64,000 bases of DNA from positions 1 through 64,000 of IMG/VR virus record IMGVR_UViG_3300018004_000004; one strand, written 5' to 3'. Of this stretch, positions 39,441-47,781 are shown one piece after another. Every line of letters begins with the position of its first letter. The first letter of the stretch is position 1. The translations under genes and the position numbers were made by a program. The notes beneath the pieces were generated by a model. That model ran no database searches. It saw only the letters and a program-made list of their open reading frames with translations, and was not told the DNA's origin.

Positions 39441-40051
39441 GCGTCCTCTCGCTGCTGTCTGCGGACTCGCGGTCTTCTCGCAGTCACTTCGCGGGCACCG
39501 CCGAATGCGTCGTTAACGGGCATTCGGCTTCTGCCCGCCCGCTCCTTTAGAAGACCTTAGTCCTTGACAGCGACTCGAGTCCCATGAAAGAAGTCATTCG
39601 CGAGCTAACAGATAAACCGTATGCAATCAGGGAAAGATTTTGGGGATGTATGACCAATATCTTCTCCTGGCATTGGTGGCTTAGGATGAGATCATGGCAG
39701 GCGCCCTACAGAAGAATGACCTAGTACTTCGGACTCGCTACACGGCGTCCGCTTGGGTCGTCTTGTTATCACAAGACTCCCCTCGCTACCGCCCGTTCCG
39801 CCATTCCTCAGTGTGTCTACGGAAGTAGTCTGGCTGGGAATCGGCTCCGCTTTCATCTAGTAGTTCCATCCTCGCCCTGCTGCGCCGCAAACGACGTGAG
39901 CTTTTTGAACAAATCAAGGATTTGTTCAAAACGTTTGTGTGCTCGCCACGGGCTGCGACGCTTCGCCGATGTTACCCTTAGTCCATAGTTGTAATCAATA
40001 GCCCTGTGTTATCCATCGGATAACACAGGGTTTGCCTTTTAGGAGAGACTC
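39441..40051. other. Largest gap free of long ORFs, rich in inverted repeats (candidate origin or ncRNA)
   Basis: Hairpins at 39491-39538 and 39760-39777; perfect 13-bp inverted repeats at 39903-39931 and 40002-40030. Confidence 0.55.
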
Positions 40052-40435
40052 ATGCCTGAAGTAACCAAGACGTATGTTGAGTTCATGTATCCAGGTGCTC
40101 TGTTTGCAGAGACCGAGGACAAAGAAGTGAAAGACCGGGACGTTAAGAAAGTCCTGAAGATCCTGCCGAAAGGAGCGTTCTGCTTTCGGTTCTATGATAG
40201 GACATCGAAAGATGTTACGATCGATGGAGAGAAGGAGACTGTCTATGGGAAGGAGAAGAACAAGTCGGGGAAGTACTACCCGGGAGCTACTCCTTATACC
40301 CTAGAACAAGTCAAGAAGATGGGGAAGGACTTCTCCATCCTGGCGAGTAATATGGAGTGCAATAACTGGCCGAAGGTTATCAAGACTCGTCGTGGTAACT
40401 TCCAGCCGTTGGAGAAAGGAGATATCATTCTGTGA
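40052..40435 (+). CDS. Conserved phage hypothetical protein
   Basis: AGGAG SD; YVEFMYPG...FRFYD...SGKYY...TRRGNFQP. Confidence 0.75.
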   Translation: MPEVTKTYVEFMYPGALFAETEDKEVKDRDVKKVLKILPKGAFCFRFYDRTSKDVTIDGEKETVYGKEKNKSGKYYPGATPYTLEQVKKMGKDFSILASNMECNNWPKVIKTRRGNFQPLEKGDIIL

Positions 40436-41500
40436 GCGACTGGGTTGTTGTCAATGAAGGTAGTGATTATTACACTCGCTGCCGGCGAGTCAGTACTCAC
40501 ACTACCAAGATAGTGATTGTTGAGTGGCATCATCCCAATATGGGATGGTCTGACGCCGGCGTGTTTGTCCGGTTCGCCCACTCTCTGAGTGGCATCAACG
40601 GCTGGGAGCTATTGCATAGCGCCAGCTGGTTGGATGATACTAACGCTGCTGAGTTTGTGGATCAGTTCCCTAAGTTCAAGAAGCTATTTAGGGACTGACA
40701 TGAAGCGGCTCTGCGTCTTTTATAAGCAAGCCAGCCAGTGGATTGGCAATAAGAAAGTTGAGTGGATCATCTGCAAAGGATGTCAGAAGAAGCTGCGCAA
40801 TGGCGTCCGCCTGAGGATTCATCTAGGCGGAGGCTTTCGAGATCACAGTGAACGCTGTCTCCAGTGTGGTGGTGATTGTATGTGTTATTCGTGGTGTCCT
40901 AACAGGGAGTAGATGATGATTAAGATTCCTCGTATCAAGGTCGATCGTGTTGCACCTATTCTTGATTTGCCGGGCGCCTTTATGGTTCGTGTGAAGCATC
41001 CTTACTTCACATCCAAGAGCTACGGGCCGATGGAAGACAAGACATGGGCCATTGCTGGACTCATTCGTACTGCTGTCCAGAAGGTCCTCGATAAGAAAGG
41101 AGGCAATACATGTCCTACCCATTCAGACCGAGTCAAGAAGCGGAAAGGCTCCATCTAATATGGGAGATTTACAACTGGACTGGGAGCCAGGCCAGTGGTA
41201 AGTGCTACAACTCGGGTTCTTACGGGCATCCTAATCACCCTCTCAATAAGAATCGAGAGCTTCCTTTTGCTTGGGACCTGGCTCACATATTTGCCGCTAT
41301 AGCCGGCGGCTACATCATAGAGCTCAGCCCTCACTACAAGGGAGTACAGTGTATCCGCAAGAACAAGGATCTGTGGGAGCGGGTATCTAAGTATGTCAAG
41401 CTCAAGATCGGTCAAGGATGTCTGCCGTACGATATCGGCAATGTCGGCGAGCGCTGGGAGCATATCAACAACGTCAGCTTTATGTCAGGAGATGCTCACA

Positions 41501-41932
41501 GTGCCTAACTGGTGTGAGAATGAACTAACTATCCGCGGTAAGGGAGCGGATAAAGTAGTTGAGTTCCTTAAGGGCAGCCAGGGCGCCTTGGATTTCAACA
41601 AGGTCGTCCGTCAAGTGAAAAGGTGGTGGCCTTTTAAGAAGCAAGACTACTGGTACAACTGGCGTTGTACTTATTGGGGTACCAAATGGAACGTAGGTGA
41701 GGAAGTTCGGACGGTTCCGATGTCCAGGGGCGCTGTAAAGCTATGTTTCGACACGGCTTGGGCGCCGCCAGCACCTATCGTTGGACGGTTATCTGACCGG
41801 TTCCCGAATAACACTTTCACTCTGAAATATTGGGAGGGTGGAATGGGTTTTCGTGGTAAACTAGTAGTGAAGGACGGAGAAGTTCTTGAGAACTCTTCTT
41901 CGGACTCATACAAAGGACATCGTGGAGGTTAG
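41501..41932 (+). CDS. DUF1281/YubB ferredoxin-like family protein
   Basis: MPNWCEN.L, WYNWR..WGTKWN, FDTAWAPP, YWEGGMGF.G; GTG 41501 after AGGAG. Confidence 0.78.
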   Translation: MPNWCENELTIRGKGADKVVEFLKGSQGALDFNKVVRQVKRWWPFKKQDYWYNWRCTYWGTKWNVGEEVRTVPMSRGAVKLCFDTAWAPPAPIVGRLSDRFPNNTFTLKYWEGGMGFRGKLVVKDGEVLENSSSDSYKGHRGG

Positions 41933-41933
41933 T

Positions 41934-42389
41934 ATGCAAAGCATTAAAGAGATTTTCAAGATCAACTCAATCGAAGAGCTTACCGCTGCGCGCGATCAGT
42001 TCGAAGGAGAGATCAATGAGCGGATCAGCCCGCTGGTGGCTGCACTCGAGAAGAATGTTCTGTCCTCTGACGTGGCAAGCCTTGAACAGCATATGGCCTA
42101 TGTTGAATCCTGGCGAGCAAGACTGGTTAGATTTCACTCTTTCGCATCCGCATTCACCGATCATGCGAAAGATAGCACTTTTCTGTCGTCAAAGACTACA
42201 GATATCACGGGCGAATCCAAGCGCATTCCAGAGATTGAAAGAGATGCGTATCGCCGTAAACTGTCTGGAGGATTTTCAGCGATCCAGTCGTACTTGGAAG
42301 GCTTGATCGATTGCGTTGACTCGCGAGTCAACTTGGCTAAGAAGATGTTGGGCATCGAAGTCGACGCCCCGCGCAAGAAGACGGTCTAA
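41934..42389 (+). CDS. Helical hypothetical protein (weakly UvsY-like)
   Basis: GGAGG SD; coiled-coil character; near recA. Confidence 0.55.
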   Translation: MQSIKEIFKINSIEELTAARDQFEGEINERISPLVAALEKNVLSSDVASLEQHMAYVESWRARLVRFHSFASAFTDHAKDSTFLSSKTTDITGESKRIPEIERDAYRRKLSGGFSAIQSYLEGLIDCVDSRVNLAKKMLGIEVDAPRKKTV

Positions 42390-43538
42390 TGGCTAAGATT
42401 CCTAGCTCTAGGTTTCCCAAACCTTCTCATGTTGAGACTCCTCCGGTTGGAGATCTCACCCTTAAGGATGAAGACTTCCTCAAGATCTGGAAGAAGCATC
42501 TGTCGGTTATGAAGCAGCTCGAGGTCATCTTAGCACCCGCTACCGATGCCATCAAGCAGCGCTTCTTCAAGCGACAGCCGGCGATTGTGAAGTGGGGCGA
42601 CACCGAGCTTCATTCGAAGGACAACGTTAACTACAACGTTGTCATCACTGTAGAATGGTTCGAAGATCGGCGTGGTGAGATGGATGAGAATGCTTATACT
42701 ATTCCATTACATGCGGCCCTCGCCGGCACGAAAGCGGTGAACGATTTCTTCGACGAAGAAGATCGGAAGCAACAGGAAGAAGCCAAGAGACTTGGTCTCC
42801 TGAAGGAAGCACGTGATAAAGATCAACGTCGTGAGCTCTACCTTAAGCTCAAAGCCGAGTTCGACAATGAAGAAAAACCAGAAGGAACCACGGACCTGGC
42901 CACACTGCGACCAGCGAGTGCTCCATGCACCCGGTGAGTGTGAGATCTGCGACGAGTACGCCCAGGATCTGCAAGAGATACGCGCAGCCTGGGGTATAAA
43001 CTTCACTGGTCATCATGATTTAGAGACGGAGAATGGGACTCCTTTGCTCCCTTGTCCGGCCGAGGTGGCACGTCCACTCGATATCATCAACGCTTGGAGT
43101 CGCAATCGCGCGGCAACAAAAGAATCCCTTGAGCAGACAGCTAAAGATGTAGCTGAAGCGCTCAAGATGTTCAGAGGAGAAGCTAAAGGTGGTTAGAGGA
43201 ATGAAAGCATTCCGCGTGGACAAGAACGGCAATCTCCGTTTCTTGTTCCACACGTATGACGGGACGTCCATTGTGCCTTTAGATAGGTGGATTGAGACTA
43301 CTCGCCCTTGGGTGACGGACGGTCAGCGACAGAAGATGTATCGCTCTGCCTTCCATTTCCTCCGAGATAAGGATCGGATCCGGAAGTTTGATGCACTGAC
43401 AAAGGGGAAGTATGTTATACTTCCTATTAGGGCACAAGATGTCGAGCCTAAGCCCAGGACCAATGTTGGTTCTTGGCTGGCCAAGCGGATCTACATTTCA
43501 TCTGCCGACGTCCGTAGTGCACTGCAAACAAAGGGGTT

Positions 43539-44603
43539 ATGATGGCTAAGAAAGAAGAGCAAGTGGACTTGAACGAGGAGTTGGAGACGGAGCTCGCACA
43601 GTACAACTTCGGCGATATGTTGGAACTCGCCGAGAACATTACAGACATGTCAGTCGAGTGTACTCCGACGGGATTTCCGCAGCTGGATAAGATCCTACAT
43701 GCATCCCTCAACGGACTTCCACATGGACGTGACATCGAGATATTTTCTAAGGAACCTGAAGTAGGCAAGACATCTCTTGGCCTTCAGATTCTCCAGCATT
43801 GGCAGAGCATGGGTAAGAGAACACTCATCATTGACGTTGAACGGACAATCACAATCGAGTTTCTCGCGCAACTGGGGATCGTTACGACGCCGGGCAACCC
43901 GGGAGTTATTCCAGTTCGTGTTTCCCGACCGCCTGATGCGTTTACTGCAGAGCAAGTCCTGGATCTGGTACGCGACGCCTCAAAAGTGTTCGACCTCGTT
44001 GTGGTGGACTCTATAGCCGCAATGGATATCAAGGCCAACCTTGAGAAGGACACTGATGAGAGTGCCAAGATTGGAGCTGTAGCCCTATTGATGTCCAACT
44101 TCCTGCGCAAGAACGTTGCCAAGCGCGCTACTGTCATCTGGATCAACCAGACCCGACAAGTAGTGGGTGGCTACAATCCCACAGGACAGATTCGATATCA
44201 GACTATGGGTGGCCGAGCGCTGCCTTTCTTCGGTACTATCCGGTTGGATATCTCGATCATCGAGAAGCTGAAGAAGGAAGAGGATGGAGAAGAGACTGTC
44301 TACGCGTTGAAGACTAAGGTCTACACCACGAAGAACAAAGTCTCTCCACCGTACAAGCAGGCAATCCTGACTTACGTCCTGGGTGAAGGATTCTCAGTCC
44401 ACTATGATTACTTCGAGCTGGGTTTGAAGCTGGGAGTAATCATCAAGAAGGGTGGCTGGTATCAGTTTGGCGACGCCAAGATACAAGGCGACCTGAACTT
44501 CTATAAAGCCATGAAGAAGAACGAAGAGCTCTTCAACGGAATCAAGAAAGCTATTGGTGAGGAGCTGGCCAGTCATGGCGCAGCCGCAATCACTGAAGGA
44601 TAA
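43539..44603 (+). CDS. recA: RecA-like recombinase
   Basis: PTGF..LD, GLPHGRDIEIF, GKTS, VVVDSIAA, IWINQTR, GGRALPFF, KNKVSPPYK, IIKKGGWY. Confidence 0.93.
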   Translation: MMAKKEEQVDLNEELETELAQYNFGDMLELAENITDMSVECTPTGFPQLDKILHASLNGLPHGRDIEIFSKEPEVGKTSLGLQILQHWQSMGKRTLIIDVERTITIEFLAQLGIVTTPGNPGVIPVRVSRPPDAFTAEQVLDLVRDASKVFDLVVVDSIAAMDIKANLEKDTDESAKIGAVALLMSNFLRKNVAKRATVIWINQTRQVVGGYNPTGQIRYQTMGGRALPFFGTIRLDISIIEKLKKEEDGEETVYALKTKVYTTKNKVSPPYKQAILTYVLGEGFSVHYDYFELGLKLGVIIKKGGWYQFGDAKIQGDLNFYKAMKKNEELFNGIKKAIGEELASHGAAAITEG

Positions 44604-45198
44604 TCCACTCTCAGTCTTCGCTATAACAACTGAGCCTGTGGCATGCATCGAGGGGGAGAAGTGTGCAAACTCCCCCTCACATAGTTCCCATCCAGAATGT
44701 AATAACTGCAGGTTTTCGCCTGGGGCGCCGTACTTTATTCGTACGCACCACTGGAAGCCTATGCTGGAGGGTTGGCACCATCGCAAGCTTGAAGAGGAGA
44801 AGCGTCATGCCAAGCGTCAGGCAGCCATTGCTCGTCAAGAGGCCAAAAAGGCGAAAGATCCCACCAAGCAGGCCCGTGTTCGCGCGGCCGCAAGGGCAGA
44901 ACGCAAAACCAATGACCATATCATTAAGTCTACCCGGAACTCAGGGAGGGTAAACCGTGACGGTGATCATCTGTTGTTTGATTCTGTCGTGGTGGATACG
45001 AAACTGCAATCAACGGCCACGGAACCCGTGATTCATCTCAGGGAGTTGGACAAGGTAAGACAAGATGCTAGACGAAATGGCAGGTGTTGCGGGGCTCTTT
45101 GCCTACAAAACAAGACTGGAAGAAGCGTTATTGTGGTTGACGCAGCCGATTTTGCTGCGCTCACCCGCGGCCTCAATCTGGATCAAAAAGGCCTCTGA
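44575..45198 (+). CDS. Zinc-finger plus putative PD-(D/E)xK (Hjc-like) nuclease
   Basis: C..C / C..C N-terminus; NSG..N.DGD....VVVDTK. Confidence 0.5.
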   Translation: MAQPQSLKDNPLSVFAITTEPVACIEGEKCANSPSHSSHPECNNCRFSPGAPYFIRTHHWKPMLEGWHHRKLEEEKRHAKRQAAIARQEAKKAKDPTKQARVRAAARAERKTNDHIIKSTRNSGRVNRDGDHLLFDSVVVDTKLQSTATEPVIHLRELDKVRQDARRNGRCCGALCLQNKTGRSVIVVDAADFAALTRGLNLDQKGL

Positions 45199-45463
45199 CG
45201 ATCCCGATCGCTATTGGGCTCGGCGTATCGGTAGTCAGGATTGGTTTCCAGTGACGGCCGACTGGTTGTACAGTCGTGAGTATGTTTGGTTGTACAGTCG
45301 TGAGTATGTTGAGGTAGATAAACCGTATGCATCTACCTTAGAGTCGGCGCTCAGAGATGATGGAGCCTATACTCTGGCAGGAGAACCTATCAGCATGCCT
45401 GTGAAGGCTAAGGAAGCTACTCCTAAGTACATTCCACCTCTGTTCGAAGAGAGGGAAGTATGA
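45065..45463 (+). CDS. Hypothetical protein (start uncertain); ends in tag FEEREV
   Basis: Contains WLYSREYV x2; C-terminal motif. Confidence 0.65.
   Translation: MLDEMAGVAGLFAYKTRLEEALLWLTQPILLRSPAASIWIKKASDDPDRYWARRIGSQDWFPVTADWLYSREYVWLYSREYVEVDKPYASTLESALRDDGAYTLAGEPISMPVKAKEATPKYIPPLFEEREV
45263..45310. repeat. Perfect 24-bp tandem duplication
   Basis: TGGTTGTACAGTCGTGAGTATGTT x2. Confidence 0.95.
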
Positions 45464-45933
45464 GCAACCCTCACATGGATCCGATTACTGGCGAGTTTTT
45501 AGTGGATGATAAGATCGGCGAGTATCAAGATCACCAGAAGATGAAGACCGAGGCGGATTTCAAATCGTATACAGAGCTGTATAAGAATGTTGAGTCATAC
45601 GGTCTGACAGGTACGATTCCAGTGGGTGGTTTGACTGGGCCGGTGTTCCGGTGGCGCTGGATGCCTCATACTATCTACAAGTTAGGAGAAGTCGTTCTGG
45701 ACTTCTTCAACAGGATGCAATCCTGTAACCAATATGGTGTATCCGGAATGTATGAGCCGATGTGGCACAACAACTACGGCTCTATTACGCATGATGGTGG
45801 TATTAACTGGATAGACTATGGACTTCCAGTCACATTCCAACAGCCGATCATCAATATCCCTCCGAACTTGAGCTTCAAGAAGGAAGAGGAGTCGCAACCT
45901 ATGACAGATTTCATCGAGGAGCGCGAGGTATGA
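45460..45933 (+). CDS. Protein with CBM5/12-like (W.P.T.Y..G..V...C...G.SG..EP.W) module; ends in tag IEEREV
   Basis: WMPHTIYKLGEVV...CNQYGVSGMYEPMW...THDGGINW. Confidence 0.65.
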   Translation: MSNPHMDPITGEFLVDDKIGEYQDHQKMKTEADFKSYTELYKNVESYGLTGTIPVGGLTGPVFRWRWMPHTIYKLGEVVLDFFNRMQSCNQYGVSGMYEPMWHNNYGSITHDGGINWIDYGLPVTFQQPIINIPPNLSFKKEEESQPMTDFIEEREV

Positions 45934-46150
45934 AGAAGGAAAAGGAACCTATTCCTTTCAGGACAGACATCTTCGAAGCCGAAGATAAGCTTTTGCAAGA
46001 GCTCCAGAAGAGTGATAATATTGAAGATCAGCTCACCGCTATCTTGATGGAGCCTCATGTGCAGAAGACTCCTGAAGATAATGAGGATAGTGTGGGGTTG
46101 TGGTCTAACTGCGCGCGAGCAAAGGCACAACAGATCCTCAAGAGATTCGA

Positions 46151-46450
46151 ATGCAAACCAAAACAGTGGCAGTTAACCTTCATACGCAGCCTTATGATGT
46201 TTACATCGGCCGCGGATCGAAGTGGGGGAATCCCTATACCCACAAGAAGTCGGCGTTCAAAGATGTGGTGATGGTGGCAACTCGAGAAGAAGCCATAGCC
46301 AGGTATCGCGAGTATATCAAGTCGAAGCCTGAGCTGATGGCCGCCCTGAAAGAACTGAAGGGCAAGAGATTGGGCTGCTTTTGCAAGCCCTTGTCGTGTC
46401 ATGGAGACGTATTAGCGGAGCTAGCAGATGATAACCAAGTGGGATCGTAG
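46151..46450 (+). CDS. DUF4326 family protein
   Basis: YIGRGSKWGNPY, LKGKRLGCFCKPLSCHGDVL. Confidence 0.88.
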   Translation: MQTKTVAVNLHTQPYDVYIGRGSKWGNPYTHKKSAFKDVVMVATREEAIARYREYIKSKPELMAALKELKGKRLGCFCKPLSCHGDVLAELADDNQVGS

Positions 46451-46880
46451 ATACCTGGAGCTGGCCAGCCTCGTTGCGAGCTGGTCGAAGGACCCAAGCA
46501 CCAAAGCCGGAGCGGTGATCATCCGCCCTGACCGCACAGTTGTGTCAGTGGGGTTCAATGGCTTTCCGAAGAACATGCCAGACAACCCAGAGTGGTACGC
46601 CAACAGGGAAGAGAAGTATTCCCGCGTGGTCCATTGTGAAATCAATGCGATGATCCACTCGTATGAGAACCTGAAGGGTTATACCCTCTATACTTATCCC
46701 TTTGCTCCGTGCGACCGCTGTGTCGTGCAGATGCTGCAGGCTGGTATAGTGAGGTTCGTATTCCCGGAGCCGTCAGCAGACGCTCTTACTCGCTGGGCCG
46801 AGGCCTTCGTGAAGACGAAGAAGTACATTACAGAGTCCGGCGCCGAGTGGGAGGAAGTCCTTCGGGACTCAGTGAGCTAA
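46428..46880 (+). CDS. dCMP deaminase
   Basis: SKDPSTKAGAVI, GFNG, HCEINA, PCDRC. Confidence 0.92.
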   Translation: MITKWDRRYLELASLVASWSKDPSTKAGAVIIRPDRTVVSVGFNGFPKNMPDNPEWYANREEKYSRVVHCEINAMIHSYENLKGYTLYTYPFAPCDRCVVQMLQAGIVRFVFPEPSADALTRWAEAFVKTKKYITESGAEWEEVLRDSVS

Positions 46881-47121
46881 TGGGAGCTCCAGCTCGGTAT
46901 TCAGTCACAGATGTGACTCCAGAGAGTATTACTATCAAGGACTTAGGTCCTTGGAATAGACATCTGACCATAACCAACGACGCTGAAGGTGTAGTGAAAC
47001 GGATGGTCCCTCATTTGAAGGGCCGCCGTTTGTTCTACATTGACAGCGAAGGCGAGACCGATGAGTTGGTGATCAAGAAGGGTCAGTTTGCTGGATTCAA
47101 ACCGGGCCCAGGAAGGAAAGG

Positions 47122-47775
47122 ATGAAGATCATAGAGCCTACCTTTGAGATCCTAAACCCCCAAGACTTGCTAGATGGTATAGCCAAGCTGCAGTTCATAG
47201 AGAAGATGGCACGTATTAGCCATCGATCGGAAGATTTGCAGACAGATGACAGCTATAAGAGATTTATCAAGTTTGTGGTGATGGAGAAAGGCGACTGGAG
47301 TGTGGTAGAACATGCTTATGCGACCGTTATCTTCCGCGTGGACCGTGGGGTTACTCACGAACTGGTTCGACACCGCCTCTTTAGCTTCACGCAAGAAAGT
47401 ACTCGCTTCGTCAACTATGGCAAAAAGGGCGATATGGATTTCATCGTCCCAGTGGGAATCAATGCAAATGATCCCGACTTCCAGTTGGCCTATAAAAGTG
47501 CCGAAGCGGAATATCTTGCACAGCTTTCAGCTGGGAGACCGCCACAAGTTGCACGGGCTGTGCTACCTAATGGTCTTGCCTCCACAATCGCAGTGACTGG
47601 TAACCTTCGTAACTGGCGCCATATACTGATTATGCGCACTACGAAGGAGACTCATCCGGACTTCAGGCGGGTAATGATTCCATTGCTCGCCGAAATGCAG
47701 CAACGCATTCCAATACTGTACGACGATATCATTCCAGAGCAGAAGCAGAGCGAAGCTCTATCTAAACCGAGGTAA
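47122..47775 (+). CDS. thyX: Flavin-dependent thymidylate synthase
   Basis: SVVEH, THELVRHRLFSFTQESTRF, ARAVLP, NLRNW. Confidence 0.95.
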   Translation: MKIIEPTFEILNPQDLLDGIAKLQFIEKMARISHRSEDLQTDDSYKRFIKFVVMEKGDWSVVEHAYATVIFRVDRGVTHELVRHRLFSFTQESTRFVNYGKKGDMDFIVPVGINANDPDFQLAYKSAEAEYLAQLSAGRPPQVARAVLPNGLASTIAVTGNLRNWRHILIMRTTKETHPDFRRVMIPLLAEMQQRIPILYDDIIPEQKQSEALSKPR

Positions 47776-47781
47776 TCTACC

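Noticed and set aside
40002-40030. DnaA boxes
   Set aside because: TTATCCATC has two mismatches to TTATNCACA and no cluster of boxes is present.
661-45933. C-terminal tag as a mere by-product of Shine-Dalgarno plus start/stop overlap
   Set aside because: GAGG/AGG and ATGA can yield E, R and V/I, and may contribute. But Arg uses all six codons, the overlap geometry differs between cases, the AAA gene is uncoupled, and many other coupled genes lack the motif. Not fully excluded for the weak variants.
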